Shown piece after piece: positions 9,405-21,038 of a DNA stretch of 64,000 nt. Under the pieces are notes generated by a model, which ran no database searches, was not told the DNA's origin, and saw nothing but the letters and a program-made list of their open reading frames with translations. The translations under genes were made by a program, and so were the position numbers. This DNA comes from Alphaproteobacteria bacterium (GTDB taxonomy: Bacteria > Pseudomonadota > Alphaproteobacteria > JAPOUT01 > G958296285), in NCBI GenBank assembly GCA_965204775.1, contig CBDBFH010000029.1, positions 1-64,000 on the forward strand, given 5' to 3'. Within the stretch, counting starts at the first letter, position 1. Each line of letters begins with the position of its first letter.

Positions 9405-9904
9405 CCGGGCCGGTCTTTCTGGGCCTCGACCCCGGCCTGCGGGCAACCGGCTGGGGCGTCGTCATGCTGGGCGATGACCAACGCCTGCGCCCGCTCGGCT
9501 CCGGAACCTTCCGCCCCCGCCCCGCCGACCCCCTCGGCGACAGATTGCAGGCCGTCGAAGGCGAAATCGCCCGCCTCGTCGAAAACTTCCGGCCCGACGA
9601 AGCCGCCATCGAAACCGTCTTCGCCGGCGCCGGCATCGCCGCCGCCTTCCGCCTCGGCGAAGCCCGCGCCGCCTGCCTCATCCCCCTCGCCCGCGCCGGC
9701 CTCGCCACCTCGGAATACGCCCCCAGAACCGTCAAAAAGGCCGTCACCGGAACCGGCAAAGCCGATAAACACCAGATCCGCCTGATGGTCTCCAAACTCC
9801 TCCCCGGCGCAAGCCCCGACTCCGAGCACGCCGCCGATGCGCTCGCCATCGCCATCTGCCACATCCATATGCGGCCCCCCCAAAGCCGGACCCAAACGCA
9901 ATGA
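9401..9904 (+). CDS. ruvC: crossover junction endodeoxyribonuclease RuvC
   Basis: LGLDPGLRATGWGVV N-terminus; 167 aa; ATGA overlap with the yebC stop. Confidence 0.9.
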   Translation: MTGPVFLGLDPGLRATGWGVVMLGDDQRLRPLGSGTFRPRPADPLGDRLQAVEGEIARLVENFRPDEAAIETVFAGAGIAAAFRLGEARAACLIPLARAGLATSEYAPRTVKKAVTGTGKADKHQIRLMVSKLLPGASPDSEHAADALAIAICHIHMRPPQSRTQTQ

Positions 9905-10503
9905 TCCGCAAACTCACCGGACTGGTCGAGGAAATCGACGCCGCAGGCGTCATCCTCAATGTCGCCGGAGTCGGCTACTACGCCGCCTGCCCCCCCAGAA
10001 TCCTCGCCGGGCTGCCCCCGACCGGCGCCGTTGCAACCTTGTGGATCGAAACCCAAATCCGCGATGACGCCCTCCAGCTGTTCGGATTCGCCGCGCCGGG
10101 CGAGCGAATCTGGTTCCGCGCCCTGATCCGCGTCCAGGGCGTCGGCGTGCGACTCGCCCTCGCCATCCTCGGACGCTTCCGCGCCGATGAAATCACCGCC
10201 GCCATCCTCACCGGCGATGCCGCTCAACTCCAGACCGCGCCCGGCGTCGGCAAGCGAATCGCCGAGCGAATCGTCAATGAACTCAAGGACAAAATCCCCG
10301 AAAGCGCCCTCGCCCTCGCTCCCCCGGCGGCCAACGGCGCGCAGGAACAGACCGCTATGCTGGGCGCGGCGGTCTCGGCGCTGGTCAATCTGGGCTATGC
10401 CGAGGCCAGCGCCCTCAAAGCCGCCCGCGCCGCCCTGCGCCGCACCGAAAACCCCGCCCTCGATGCCGTCATCCGCGACAGCCTCCGACACCTCGCCCCC
10501 TGA
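9901..10503 (+). CDS. ruvA: Holliday junction branch migration protein RuvA
   Basis: MIRKLTGLVEEI... with GVGYYA; 200 aa; 4-nt overlap with ruvC. Confidence 0.9.
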   Translation: MIRKLTGLVEEIDAAGVILNVAGVGYYAACPPRILAGLPPTGAVATLWIETQIRDDALQLFGFAAPGERIWFRALIRVQGVGVRLALAILGRFRADEITAAILTGDAAQLQTAPGVGKRIAERIVNELKDKIPESALALAPPAANGAQEQTAMLGAAVSALVNLGYAEASALKAARAALRRTENPALDAVIRDSLRHLAP

Positions 10504-10587
10504 GAAATCTCCGCCGGAAACATCCCGGAAACATCCCAAGAAACATCCCCAAGAAACATCCCCAAGAAACATCAATGAGAAAGCCCA

Positions 10588-11656
10588 ATGAACAATCCCC
10601 GGCCTGATCCTCCCCCGCCCCGCCTCGTCGCCCCCGCCGCTCAGGGCGCGGAACGCGCCGCCGCCGTCCTTCCGCGCCCCACCAGCCTCGACCAGTTCAT
10701 CGGACAGGAAAAAACCTGCGCCAATCTGCGCGTCTTCGTCCAGGCCGCCATCGTCCGCAAGGAGCCGCTCGATCATTTCCTCCTCGCCGGACCGCCCGGT
10801 CTGGGCAAGACCACCCTCGCCCACATCCTCGCCCGCGCCCGCAACGCCGCGTTGCGCCCAACCTCCGGACCCGCCCTCCAGCGCCCCGGAGACCTCGCCG
10901 CGCTCCTCACCAATCTCCAGACCAATGACGTCCTCTTCATCGACGAAATCCACCGCCTCAGCCCGGCGGTCGAGGAACTGCTCTATCCCGCGCTGGAAGA
11001 CTTCGCCCTTGATCTGATTATCGGCGAAGGGCCGGGCGCGCGCTCGGTGCGGGTCGATCTCAACCCCTTCACCCTCGCCGGAGCCACCACCCGCGCCGGA
11101 CTCCTGACCACGCCACTGCGCGACCGCTTCGGACTGACCATCCGCCTCGATTTCTATCCGCCGGAGGCGCTGGAGAAAATCGTCTGCCGCGCCGCCGGTC
11201 TCCTCAAAGTCCCGGTCACCGCCGAAGCCGCCCGCAAAATCGCAGTCTGCGCGCGCGGCACGCCCCGCATCGCCGAGCGCCTCCTGCGCCGGGTCCATGA
11301 CTTCGCCATCCACGAGAAGGCCGGGCAGATCGATCCCGCCCTCGCCGCCAGAGCGCTCGCCCGCCTCGAGGTCGACCGCAGCGGCCTCGACGCCCTCGAC
11401 CGCCGCTATCTGCGCTGCCTGACCGAAACCTTCGCCGGACAGCCCACCGGCATCGAAACCCTCGCCGCCGCCCTGGGCGAAACCCGCGACACCATCGAAG
11501 ACACCATCGAGCCTTACCTCCTGCGCCAGGGCTTCATCGCCCGAACCCCGCGCGGGCGCGTCGCCGCCGCCGCCGCCTGGACCCATCTCGGCCTCGCCCG
11601 GCCCCCGCTTCCACGCGCCCGCCGCCCTTGCCTCCTCCTCCGGAAACAGCCGGTGA
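10588..11656 (+). CDS. ruvB: Holliday junction DNA helicase RuvB (C-terminal frameshift; frame-1 ORF has no stop until 12081)
   Basis: Walker [10 protein letters not shown] and full RuvB homology through ...[19 protein letters not shown]; afterwards frame 1 decays into Arg/Pro junk that overlaps ybgC; the natural stop is inferred to be TGA 11654-11656 in frame 2, overlapping the ybgC GTG start. Confidence 0.85.
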
Positions 11657-12142
11657 CCAACCAATTCCATCGTCTGGCGGTCCCGCGTCTATCACGAGGA
11701 TACCGACTTCACCGGCCTCGTCTATCACGCCAACTATCTGCGCTTCGCCGAACGGGGCCGCTCCGAAAATTTGCGCGCCCTCGGACTCTCCCATGCCGAA
11801 CTCCTCGCCGCTACGCCCCCGCTGGCCTTCGCGGTCAGAAAAATGCAGATCGATTTCCTCGCCCCCGCTCGCATCGCCGATCAGCTGGAAGTGCGAACCC
11901 GCTTCCAAACCCCCAAAGGCGCGCGCTTCTTTGTCACGCAGGAAATCGCCCGCGGCGACAAAATCCTCTGGCGGGCCCAGATCGAAATCGCCGCCATCAA
12001 TCCCGATTCCGCCCGGCCCCGCCGTCTGCCTCCCGGCCTCGCCGCCCGCCTCGCCGGGACGCCCCCATCACAACAGCGTGATCCTGCCAAACCCGCCATG
12101 CGCCCCGCCACCGCCTTGCCTCCCCGCCCCGGCATGTTATAA
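11653..12142 (+). CDS. ybgC: tol-pal system-associated acyl-CoA thioesterase YbgC (N-terminal frameshift near 11682)
   Basis: GTG 11653 in frame 1 gives [12 protein letters not shown], matching E. coli MNTTLFRWPVR; the conserved [20 protein letters not shown]...[17 protein letters not shown] continues in frame 2. Confidence 0.65.
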
Positions 12143-12216
12143 ACAGCTTCGCCTCCAACGGCGTCACAACACCTCCGGCCCCAAAGCCGGCTCCGAAAAT
12201 CCCGGGGGGAAACCTT

Positions 12217-12905
12217 ATGGAAGCCGAGAGTATCGCGGCGGCTCTCTTCACGCCTTGGGCGACGTTCCTGCGCGCTGATATTGTCGTCAAAGGCGTCCTG
12301 ATCATTCTCGTGGTCATGTCGGTCTGGGGCTGGGCAATCATCTTCGACCGCTGGTTCGCCCTGCGCATGTGCCGGTCCCGCGCTACCAGTTTCGAAAAAG
12401 ATTTCTGGAAGAGCGACGACCTCGAGCAATTCGCCAATTCCGGCCTCAAGCCCAATCACCCCCTCGCCCGCCTCTTCGCCGCCATCATGCGCAGCTGGGA
12501 AAGAGTGGACCGACCCCGCCTCCTTCGACCGCCGCCTCGACAAGACCACCGCCATCGTGGTCACCCGTGAAATCGCCGCGCTGGAGCGCGGCCTCACCTT
12601 CCTCGCCACTATCGGCGCGACCTCCCCCTTCATCGGCCTCTTTGGAACCGTCTGGGGCATCATGAACGCCTTCCAGTCCATCGCCATCGCCCGCGACACC
12701 AGCCTCGCCGTCGTCGCACCCGGAATCGCCGAAGCCCTCTTTGCAACCGCTCTCGGCCTCTTTGCCGCCATCCCCGCCGTCATCTTCTACAACCGCTTCG
12801 CCGCCGACCTCCAGACCTATGCCCGCCGCCTCGAAAACTTCGCCGACGAATTCTGGACGCTCGCCGTCCGGCCCGCGCCCCCGCCGGAGCGCGCCGGGAT
12901 CATGA
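12217..12905 (+). CDS. tolQ: protein TolQ (two frameshifts: about 12510 and about 12880)
   Basis: The N-terminal 100 aa in frame 1 end at ...AAIMRSWE; the body is in frame 2 from [11 protein letters not shown]...[14 protein letters not shown]; the stop TGA 12903-12905 lies in frame 3 and overlaps the tolR ATG. Confidence 0.75.
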
Positions 12906-13427
12906 CCGCCCGAACCGCCGGAACCCCGCCGCCGCTACACCCTCGCCAGCGAGATCAATGTCACGCCCTTCGTCGACGTCATGCTCGTCCTGCTCATCGT
13001 CTTCATGGTCACCGCTCCCCTCCTGACCACCGGCGTCGCCGTCAGTCTGCCGAAAAGCGAGGCCCGCAAAATCGAGGGCGAAAGCGAGCCGCTCACCATC
13101 TCCGTCACCGAAAGCGGCAAAATCTTTATGCAGGAAAGCGAAATCGCCGATGACGAACTCCTCAAACGCCTCCAGGCCCTCGCCGAAAATGACAGCGAAC
13201 AGCGAATCTATGTCCGCGGCGACAAGGCCATCGATTACGGCAGAGTCATGACCGTCATGGGCGCAATCAGCGCCGCAGGCCTCACCCGCGTTGCTTTGGT
13301 CACTCTGCCCCTCGAAGCAGCCGCGTCTACGCCTGCGCCCGCATCAGCGCCTGAAATCACCCCGCCCAGCTCCGCACCTCCCGCCGCCGCTCCCTCCGCC
13401 GCGCCGCCCGCGCCGCCAACGCCTTGA
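12902..13427 (+). CDS. tolR: protein TolR (frameshift about 12925 in a poly-C run)
   Basis: ATG 12902 (MTARTAG) is in frame 2; the conserved [28 protein letters not shown] is in frame 3 and has no in-frame start. Confidence 0.7.
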
Positions 13428-13440
13428 GCCGGAGCCGCTT

Positions 13441-14098
13441 ATGCCGGTTCCCGCCGACCGCAAACTGCTCTATACGGGATGGGGATTCTCGCTGGCCGTC
13501 CATGCCGCTGTCGCCGTGCTCCTCGCCTTCGCCCCCAATCTCGTTCATCGTCCCGGAAGTGCAGATCCCCGTCGAACTGATCATCGTCCAGCCCGAAGAG
13601 CCCCGCCCCGTCATGCAAGCGCAAGAGCCTCCCCCCGAAATCGCCCGGCGCATGATCGCCGCCCCGCCCCCGCCCGGCGACACCCACAAGCCGCTGCCCG
13701 CCTTCAACCCCGAAACCCTCGCCGCCCTTCTCGACAAACTCCCCCGCGACGGCGAGGAAGAACAGCCCAGGCCCGCCCGCCTCGACGAGCGCCTCTCTTT
13801 GAGCGAAATCGACAAATTCAAAATCCAGATGCGGCGCTGCTGGACCATCCCCGCCGGCGCGCCCAACGCCCACAAACTCATCGTCCGGATCCGCGTCTTC
13901 CTCGACGCCGACGGAAGCCTCGTCACCCCCCCCGAAATCCTCAACTCCGCGCGCGGCAACGTCTTCCTGCAAATCGCCATCGAAAGCGCGCTGCGCGCCA
14001 TCCAGCGCTGCCAGCCCTTCAAGATGCCGCAGGAAAAATACGAAAACTGGCGCGAAATCACCCTGATCTTCAATCCCACGGAGATGCTCGGTGGCTAG
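13441..14098 (+). CDS. tolA: cell envelope integrity protein TolA (frameshift about 13540)
   Basis: [34 protein letters not shown] with a TM helix is in frame 1; the Pro-rich linker and the TolA C-terminal domain ([18 protein letters not shown]...FKMP) are in frame 2. Confidence 0.6.
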
Positions 14099-15422
14099 AC
14101 AACACGCCCGCACGGCGCTCGCCGCCCTCCTCGCCCTCCTCCTGCTGCCCGCCGGAGGCCGCGCCGCGCTGGAGATCGACATCACACGCGGCAATGTCGA
14201 TCCCCTGCCCATCGCCATCGCCCCCTTCCTCGCCAAAACCCGCGCCGAAGCCGCCGCCGCCAAACTCATCGTCCAGGTCATCGGCGGCGACCTCGAACGC
14301 TCCGGCCTCTTCAAACTCCTCGATCCCGGCTCCTTCACCGAAGCCTCGCCCCCCCTCGACGGCAGACCCCGCTTCGCCGACTGGCGCGCGCTCCAGACCG
14401 ACGCCCTCATCACCGGCGCCGTCGAGCGCAGCCGCGAGGGAGAACTCAAGGTCTCCTTCCGCCTCTGGGACGTCCACGCCGAAGAACAAATCGCCGGACT
14501 CCAGCTCACCGCCGGCCAACAGGTTCGCCGCCGCCCCGCCCATCTCATCGCCGACGCCGTCTACAGCCGCCTCACCGGCGAGCGAGGCTACTTCGACACC
14601 AGAATCGTCTTCGTCGAAGAACTCGGACCCAAGGAAAAGCGCGTCAAGCGCCTCGCCATCATGGATCAGGACGGATACAATCTCAAACTCATCAGCAACG
14701 GCGAAAACCTCGTCGTCACCCCGCGCTTCTCCCCCTTCCTCCAGGAGATCATCTACGTCTCCTACGTTAACCGCCGCGCCCGCGTCCACATCCACAACCT
14801 CGACACCCAGGCCCATGAAACCCTCGGCGACTTCACCGGAATCAGCTTCGCTCCCCGCTTCTCCCCCAACGGACAGGAGGCGGCTATGAGCCTCGCCCGC
14901 GGCAACTACGTCGACATCTACAGGATCGACCTCAAAACCCGCGCCCTCACCCCGCTCACCAACACCGCCGCCGTCGACACCGCACCCTCCTATTCCCCCG
15001 ACGGAAAGCAAATCGCCTTCGAATCCGACCGCGGCGGCTCGCAGCAGATCTACGTCATGAACGCCGACGGAACCGCCGCCCGCCGCATCAGCTTCGGAGA
15101 GGGCGTCTATGGAACCCCCGTCTGGTCGCCTCGCGGCGACCTCATCGCCTTCACCAAGCAATACAAAAACCGCTTCCTGATCGGCGTCATGCGAACCGAC
15201 GGCTCCGGCGAGCGAATCCTCACCTCCGGATTCCACAATGAAGGACCAACCTGGTCCCCCAACGGCCGGGTCGTCATCTTCTTCCGCGAAACCCCAGGCG
15301 AAAAAGGCGGTCCCAGCCTCTGGTCCGTCGATCTCACCGGATATAATGAGCGCAAAATCGAAACCCCCGGCTTCGCCTCCGACCCCTCCTGGTCCCCCCT
15401 GCTCGGCGCCGCCGCGCCTTGA
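14091..15422 (+). CDS. tolB: Tol-Pal system beta-propeller protein TolB
   Basis: GTG start followed by a signal peptide; repeated WSPDG/FSPNG/YSPDG beta-propeller motifs; 443 aa. Confidence 0.9.
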   Translation: MARQHARTALAALLALLLLPAGGRAALEIDITRGNVDPLPIAIAPFLAKTRAEAAAAKLIVQVIGGDLERSGLFKLLDPGSFTEASPPLDGRPRFADWRALQTDALITGAVERSREGELKVSFRLWDVHAEEQIAGLQLTAGQQVRRRPAHLIADAVYSRLTGERGYFDTRIVFVEELGPKEKRVKRLAIMDQDGYNLKLISNGENLVVTPRFSPFLQEIIYVSYVNRRARVHIHNLDTQAHETLGDFTGISFAPRFSPNGQEAAMSLARGNYVDIYRIDLKTRALTPLTNTAAVDTAPSYSPDGKQIAFESDRGGSQQIYVMNADGTAARRISFGEGVYGTPVWSPRGDLIAFTKQYKNRFLIGVMRTDGSGERILTSGFHNEGPTWSPNGRVVIFFRETPGEKGGPSLWSVDLTGYNERKIETPGFASDPSWSPLLGAAAP

Positions 15423-15517
15423 TCTCAACTCCCGCCTGTGGTAGAGCCTGCCAAAAGGCCTCCAAGGCGCAAGCCACCCCCTCAGGCCCCCGACCATAAA
15501 CGGAGTCCAAGCCGCAA

Positions 15518-16069
15518 ATGAACATTCCCTCCGGCTTCAAACATGCTTCCCTTGCCCTCCTCCTCCTCGCGGCGGCAGGTTGCGCAACCGGCGACGGCCC
15601 CTCCCTCCAGGGCGGCCTCGACCTCTCCGAATCCATGATGCTCCAGCAGGAAGAAGAGGAATTCGCCAATGTCGATTTCGGCGCGCTCGAGACCCCCGAT
15701 GACGTCGCCCGCCATATGGCCGTCAATATCGGCGACCGCGTCTTCTTCAACTACAACTCCACCCGGCTCGGCGAGCAAGACAAGCGCCTCCTGCGCCGCC
15801 AGGCCAACTTCCTCAAGCAGAGCGGCGTCAATGTTACCCTCGAAGGCCATTGCGATGAGCGCGGAACCCGCGAATTCAATATCGGACTGGGCCTGCGCCG
15901 GGCGACGATCGTGCGCGACTATCTGATCGAAGCCGGCCTCGACCCCTACCGGATCCAGACCATCTCCTATGGCAAGGAGAGGCCGGTGGCGCCATGCTCG
16001 CGCGAGCGCTGCTGGAAAATTAACCGCCGCGTCGTGGTGACCATCGACGGCGCCGCCGCCGGGAGCTAG
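15518..16069 (+). CDS. pal: peptidoglycan-associated lipoprotein Pal
   Basis: Lipobox AAAGC followed by an OmpA-like C-terminal domain (NRRVV). Confidence 0.9.
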   Translation: MNIPSGFKHASLALLLLAAAGCATGDGPSLQGGLDLSESMMLQQEEEEFANVDFGALETPDDVARHMAVNIGDRVFFNYNSTRLGEQDKRLLRRQANFLKQSGVNVTLEGHCDERGTREFNIGLGLRRATIVRDYLIEAGLDPYRIQTISYGKERPVAPCSRERCWKINRRVVVTIDGAAAGS

Positions 16070-16089
16070 GCGGAAAGGGCGCAAGTCCG

Positions 16090-16944
16090 GTGAGGCGGCC
16101 CGCTTCTTCTGTCGGCCCGCTCCCCGGCGGGCGGCGGGCCGCGTGCCTCGCGGCGGCGCTGGCCATCGGCCTGGCCGCCGCCCCCGCCGTGGCCGAGCCT
16201 GACGTCGAAGAAATCGAAAAGCGCCTCAATAAGATCGAGGCCCGGCTCAGCGCCGCCAGAAACGCCGGCGCAGACGATCCCACCTCCCCGTCGGCCTTGC
16301 TGATCCGCCTCAACCGCCTCGAAGAAAGCCTGCGCCAGATGACCGGCCAGATCGAGCAAAGCCAGTTCCTCGCCCGGCAGGCCGGACAGAAAGTCGAAAC
16401 CCTCTCCGGCGACCTCATCGGACGGCTCATCGCGCTGGAGGAAAAAATCCTCGCCCGCGAAGCCGCCGCCCAAAGCAACCCGGACGCCGACGCCGAAACC
16501 CGCCAGACCGCCCCCGCCCTGCCGGAAGGCGAAAAAACCGCCGCCGCCCTCTCCGAAAACCCCGACAGCCTCTATTCCCATGCCGTCAATCTTCTCCTCG
16601 CCAAAAAGGATTACGAAAAGGCCCGCATCGCCTTCGATCTCTTCCTGGGGCAGTATCCCGACCATCCCAAAGCCGGGCATTCGCTCTACTGGCTGGGCGA
16701 GGCCAATTATATCGAGGGCAATTATAAAGCCGCCTCGGAATTCTATCTCGAAAGCTATGCCTCCTATGGCGGCAGCCCCAAGGCCGCCGACAGCCTGCTC
16801 AAATTGGCCATGAGCCTCTCCGCGCTGGGACAGAGTGCGCAGGCCTGTTCAACCTTCAGCGAACTCAATACCCGCTTCCCCGACGCCCCCCAAAGAATTG
16901 CCCGCCGCGTTCAGGTCGAGCGCCAGCGCGCCGGATGCGGCTGA
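16090..16944 (+). CDS. cpoB: tol-pal system protein YbgF/CpoB
   Basis: Signal peptide, coiled coil, then TPR-like C-terminus (YPDHPKAGHSLYWLGEA). Confidence 0.8.
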   Translation: MRRPASSVGPLPGGRRAACLAAALAIGLAAAPAVAEPDVEEIEKRLNKIEARLSAARNAGADDPTSPSALLIRLNRLEESLRQMTGQIEQSQFLARQAGQKVETLSGDLIGRLIALEEKILAREAAAQSNPDADAETRQTAPALPEGEKTAAALSENPDSLYSHAVNLLLAKKDYEKARIAFDLFLGQYPDHPKAGHSLYWLGEANYIEGNYKAASEFYLESYASYGGSPKAADSLLKLAMSLSALGQSAQACSTFSELNTRFPDAPQRIARRVQVERQRAGCG

Positions 16945-16951
16945 CGGGCCG

Positions 16952-18268
16952 GTGGCCGCGCCGCTCGAAGATTCGGAATTTTCCGCCCTCCTCAAACCCC
17001 TCGCGCCCCCTGAACGACTCGCCGCCGCCGTCTCCGGCGGGCCCGATTCACTCGCCCTGCTCGTCCTGCTCGCGCGCTGGCGCGATTCACAAACCCGGCG
17101 GGAAACAGCGCTTTATGCGCTCAGCGTCGATCACGCCCTGCGCCCGGACGCCGCTGCCGAGGTGCGTCACGCCGCCCGAATCGCCCGCAGACTCGACATC
17201 CCCCATCTCATCTTGCGCCGGCGCGGGCCAAAGCCCTCTTCCGCAATCCAGGCCGCCGCCCGCAACGCCCGCCACGCTTTGATGCAACAATGGTGCCGCC
17301 GAAATGCCGTCACCGCCCTCGCTTTCGCCCATCATCTGGAAGATCAGGCCGAGACCTTCCTCTTCCGCCTCGCCCGCGGATCGCAACTCGACGGCCTCGC
17401 CGCCATGACCCCCGAAACGCGCCGGGGCAGTGTCCGAATCCTGCGTCCCCTCCTCGCCGTCCCCAAAACCCGGCTCGCCGCCCGCCTCACCCGCGAGAAG
17501 ATCGCCTGGCGCAATGATCCCTCCAATCATGATCCGGCCTTCACGCGCACCCATCTGGCCCGCGCGCTGACGGCGCTGGAAAAGGCCGCCATGCCGCCCG
17601 CCCGCCTCGCCGCCGCCGCCAAAGGCGCCCGCCGCCTGCGCCGCATGCTCGACGCTCAGACCGCCGCCGTGCTCCAGAACACATTCTACTTCGATCAGGC
17701 AGGCTTCGCCGCCACATCCCGGAACGCCCTGCGCGGGCCTTACCCGGTCGCGCTCCGCGCCTTGCGCCGCGCCCTGATGACCGTCGGCGCGCGCCGCCTG
17801 CCTCCGGCCACCGCCAAACTCACCAACCTGCTCGACGCCCTCCGCGCCCAGGCACCCTTCCCCGGATGCACCCTCGCCGGATGCCGCCTGATCCCCGCGC
17901 AGGGCAAACTGATGATCGTGCGTGAAGCCGGATGGCTCGCCCGCTACGGCGCGCCGCTCGCCTTGCGCCCGGGCGAAACCGGAATCTGGGACCGCCGGTA
18001 CCGGATCACCCTGCAAGCCGCAGAAAATACCCCCCGCGCCGGCGAATTCGAAATTCGCCCGCTCGGCATGGACAGGCCTCCGGACGATGGTTTGATCACG
18101 CCGGTCCCCGCCTGCGCCCGGCCCGCTCTGCCGGCCCTGTGGCAGGGCCGCCGCCTGCTCGCCGTCCCTCATCTCAATTGGCGAAGCCCCCAAACCCCGT
18201 CGCTATGGCTCAAGGCAGCCCTGCTGCCCACGGAAGGGCTGGATTTTTCCGCAAAATACATTATCTAA
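16952..18268 (+). CDS. tilS: tRNA(Ile)-lysidine synthetase TilS
   Basis: PP-loop motif AVSGGPDS; GTG 16952 is the first in-frame start after the cpoB stop. Confidence 0.75.
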   Translation: MAAPLEDSEFSALLKPLAPPERLAAAVSGGPDSLALLVLLARWRDSQTRRETALYALSVDHALRPDAAAEVRHAARIARRLDIPHLILRRRGPKPSSAIQAAARNARHALMQQWCRRNAVTALAFAHHLEDQAETFLFRLARGSQLDGLAAMTPETRRGSVRILRPLLAVPKTRLAARLTREKIAWRNDPSNHDPAFTRTHLARALTALEKAAMPPARLAAAAKGARRLRRMLDAQTAAVLQNTFYFDQAGFAATSRNALRGPYPVALRALRRALMTVGARRLPPATAKLTNLLDALRAQAPFPGCTLAGCRLIPAQGKLMIVREAGWLARYGAPLALRPGETGIWDRRYRITLQAAENTPRAGEFEIRPLGMDRPPDDGLITPVPACARPALPALWQGRRLLAVPHLNWRSPQTPSLWLKAALLPTEGLDFSAKYII

Positions 18269-18306
18269 TTGCAGGAAGACGCCCGCGTCCTTCCCGGCGG
18301 CCCCTC

Positions 18307-20220
18307 ATGACCTATCTGCGCCATCTTTTCATCTTTCTCTCGGCTGTGCTGATTCTGGCCTTCGCCTTCAACCTGTTCCAGGGCGGCGGCGGGGGCTTTG
18401 CCGCGCGCGACATCACCTTCTCGCAATTCCTGGCCGAGGTCGATGCAGGCAATGTGCGCGACGTGGTCATTGCCGGCGAAGAGATCACCGGACATTTTTC
18501 CAGCGGCGCGCAGTTCGAGACCTTCGCGCCCGACGATCCGGGTCTGGTCGCGCGCCTGCATGAGCGCGGCGTCGACATAGCCGCCGAACCGCCCGGCGCG
18601 CGCTCGCCTTCGCTCTTTGCAATCCTGGTCTCCTGGTTCCCGATGCTGCTCTTGATCGGGGTCTGGATATTTTTCATGCGGCAGATGCAGGGCGGCGCAG
18701 GCCGGGCAATGGGCTTCGGACGCTCGCGCGCGCGGATGCTCACCGAGCGGCAGGGCAAGGTGACCTTCGACGACGTGGCCGGAATCGACGAGGCCAAGGA
18801 AGACTTGCAGGAAATCGTCGAATTCCTGAAAGACCCGGGCCGGTTTCAGCGGCTGGGAGGCCGAATCCCGCGCGGGGTGTTGCTGGTCGGCCCGCCGGGG
18901 ACCGGCAAGACGCTGCTGGCCCGCGCCATCGCCGGCGAGGCCGACGCCCCCTTCTTCACAATTTCAGGGTCGGATTTCGTCGAGATGTTTGTCGGAGTCG
19001 GCGCAAGCCGGGTGCGCGACATGTTCGATCAGGCAAAGAAAAACGCGCCCTGCATCATCTTCATCGACGAGATCGACGCGGTGGGCCGCCATCGCGGCGC
19101 AGGGCTGGGCGGCGGAAATGACGAGCGCGAGCAGACCCTCAACCAGCTGCTGGTCGAGATGGACGGCTTCGAGGCCAATGAGGGAATCATTCTGATCGCC
19201 GCGACAAACCGGCCCGATGTGCTCGACCCGGCCCTGCTGCGTCCGGGGCGGTTTGACCGGCAGGTGGTGGTGCCCAATCCGGATATTGTGGGCCGGGAGA
19301 AAATTTTGAAGGTCCATATGCGCAAGGTGCCGCTGGGGCCGGATGTCGATGTCCGGACGATTGCGCGCGGAACGCCGGGCTTTTCAGGCGCGGATTTGGC
19401 CAATCTGGTCAATGAGGCGGCGCTGCTGGCCGCGCGCCGCGCCCGGAAGCTGGTCGGAATGCGCGAACTGGAGGACGCCAAGGACAAGGTGATGATGGGC
19501 GCGGAGCGCCGCTCAATGATCATGACCGAGGAGGAAAAGCGGCTGACCGCCTATCATGAGGGGGGGCATGCGCTGGTCGCGCTGCATTGTCCGGCCTCGG
19601 ACCCGATCCACAAGGCGACCATCATCCCGCGCGGGCGGGCGCTGGGAATGGTGATGCGCCTGCCGGAGCGCGACCAGCTGTCGGTGACGCGCGAGAAGCT
19701 GCATGCCGATCTGGCGGTGGCGATGGGGGGCCGGGTCGCCGAGGAGGTCATTTTCGGCCATGACAAGGTGACATCGGGAGCAAGTTCCGACATCAAGATG
19801 GCGACGCAGATGGCGCGGGCGATGGTGACACGCTACGGAATGAGCGAGAAGCTGGGGCCTTTGGCCTATCAGGATAATGAGGAGGAGGTGTTTTTGGGGC
19901 ATTCGGTTGCGCGCCAGCAGAACACCTCGGAGGAAACGCAGAAAGTGATTGACGCCGAGATCCGGCGGCTGGTCGAGGGAGCGCGGCAGCGGGCGCATAA
20001 GATCGTTGCAGTCAATCTTGAGGGGCTGCATGTGATTGCCAAAGGCCTGCTGGAATATGAAACGCTGACCGGCGACGAAATTCAGGGCTTGTTGAAGGGG
20101 GTCAAGCCGGACCGGAGCGAGCCGGAAGCGGAGGAAAAATTGCCGCCGCAGCCGGTGTCCTCGGTTCCCTCGGCGGGGATCGCGCCGCCGCAGCCCGGTC
20201 CCGCCCCCAGTTCTGCATGA
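18307..20220 (+). CDS. ftsH: ATP-dependent zinc metalloprotease FtsH
   Basis: Two N-terminal TM helices; Walker A GPPGTGKT; zinc-binding HEGGH; the ORF track extends upstream to 17932 but MTYLRHLF at 18307 is the likely start. Confidence 0.9.
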   Translation: MTYLRHLFIFLSAVLILAFAFNLFQGGGGGFAARDITFSQFLAEVDAGNVRDVVIAGEEITGHFSSGAQFETFAPDDPGLVARLHERGVDIAAEPPGARSPSLFAILVSWFPMLLLIGVWIFFMRQMQGGAGRAMGFGRSRARMLTERQGKVTFDDVAGIDEAKEDLQEIVEFLKDPGRFQRLGGRIPRGVLLVGPPGTGKTLLARAIAGEADAPFFTISGSDFVEMFVGVGASRVRDMFDQAKKNAPCIIFIDEIDAVGRHRGAGLGGGNDEREQTLNQLLVEMDGFEANEGIILIAATNRPDVLDPALLRPGRFDRQVVVPNPDIVGREKILKVHMRKVPLGPDVDVRTIARGTPGFSGADLANLVNEAALLAARRARKLVGMRELEDAKDKVMMGAERRSMIMTEEEKRLTAYHEGGHALVALHCPASDPIHKATIIPRGRALGMVMRLPERDQLSVTREKLHADLAVAMGGRVAEEVIFGHDKVTSGASSDIKMATQMARAMVTRYGMSEKLGPLAYQDNEEEVFLGHSVARQQNTSEETQKVIDAEIRRLVEGARQRAHKIVAVNLEGLHVIAKGLLEYETLTGDEIQGLLKGVKPDRSEPEAEEKLPPQPVSSVPSAGIAPPQPGPAPSSA

Positions 20221-21038
20221 GCGGAAGCGGTTGGGGACCGGGCGCGCCCCGGATATTGGGTATTGTCAATATTACGCCGGATTCGTTTTCGGACGGGGGC
20301 TTGTATCTTGATCCGGAGCGGGCAATTGCGCATGGGCGCGCGCTGCGCGCGGCGGGGGCGGATGTGATTGATCTGGGCCCGGCCTCGAGCAATCCGGATG
20401 CGCAGCCGGTGAGCGCGGCGGAGGAGGAGAAGCGGCTGGGGCCGGTATTGGCGGCGCTGGCGGGGGAGGGGCTGAGTCTTTCGGTGGACTCGTTTTTGAC
20501 TGAAACGCAAAGATATGCGCTGGGGCGGGGGGTGGCGTATCTGAACGACATTCAGGGCTTTGCCGATGAGGCGTTTTATCCGGAATTGGCCTCGGCGTCT
20601 TGCCGTTTGATCGTGATGCATTCGGTTCAGGAGCGCGGCGGCGCCGACCGGCGCAGGCCTCCGCCGGGTTCGATGCTGGAGCGGGTTTGCCGGTTCTTTG
20701 ATGAGCGGCTGTCGAAACTGACGGCGGCGGGGGTGAATGAGGCCCGGCTGATACTGGATCCGGGAATGGGGTTTTTTCTGGGGAGCCGGCGGGAGGCGTC
20801 GCTGGAGGTTTTGGCGGGACTGGGCCGGTTGCGCGAGCGGTTTGGCCTGCCGGTATTGATCTCGGTTTCGCGCAAGTCCTTTTTGCGGGTGATCGCAGGC
20901 CGGGAGCCGGGGCAGGCGGGCTTTGCCACTCTGGCCGCCGAGTTGTTCGCAGCGAATTCGGGGGTTGACTATATCCGGACGCATGATCCGGGGGCCTTGC
21001 GGGACGGCTTGCGCGTTTGGCGCGCTTTGTCTTCTTGA
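20217..21038 (+). CDS. folP: dihydropteroate synthase
   Basis: [14 protein letters not shown] motif; ATGA overlap with the ftsH stop; conserved ftsH-folP-glmM synteny. Confidence 0.85.
   Translation: MSGSGWGPGAPRILGIVNITPDSFSDGGLYLDPERAIAHGRALRAAGADVIDLGPASSNPDAQPVSAAEEEKRLGPVLAALAGEGLSLSVDSFLTETQRYALGRGVAYLNDIQGFADEAFYPELASASCRLIVMHSVQERGGADRRRPPPGSMLERVCRFFDERLSKLTAAGVNEARLILDPGMGFFLGSRREASLEVLAGLGRLRERFGLPVLISVSRKSFLRVIAGREPGQAGFATLAAELFAANSGVDYIRTHDPGALRDGLRVWRALSS

Noticed and set aside
9247-11670. 807-aa minus-strand ORF covering ruvC-ruvA-ruvB
   Set aside because: Gly/Ala/Glu/Asp-rich low-complexity translation, typical of antisense reading of high-GC coding DNA; the plus-strand genes have unambiguous RuvC, RuvA and RuvB homology.
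10588-12081. Single 497-aa RuvB-YbgC fusion protein as drawn in the ORF track
   Set aside because: After the RuvB C-terminal motif the frame-1 translation is Arg/Pro junk, not YbgC. YbgC homology is in frame 2, with an intact GTGA stop/start junction at 11653-11656, so this is two genes with indels, not a fusion.
13291-14889. 532-aa plus-strand ORF spanning tolA-tolB
   Set aside because: Only its central about 35 codons ([16 protein letters not shown]..., the real tolA start) are meaningful. The rest is Arg/Pro-rich off-frame translation, and the real tolA body and tolB are in other frames.
17932-18306. N-terminal 125-codon extension of the ftsH ORF
   Set aside because: Pro/Arg-rich sequence overlapping the tilS 3' end. 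FtsH homology, including the first TM helix, starts at Met 18307.
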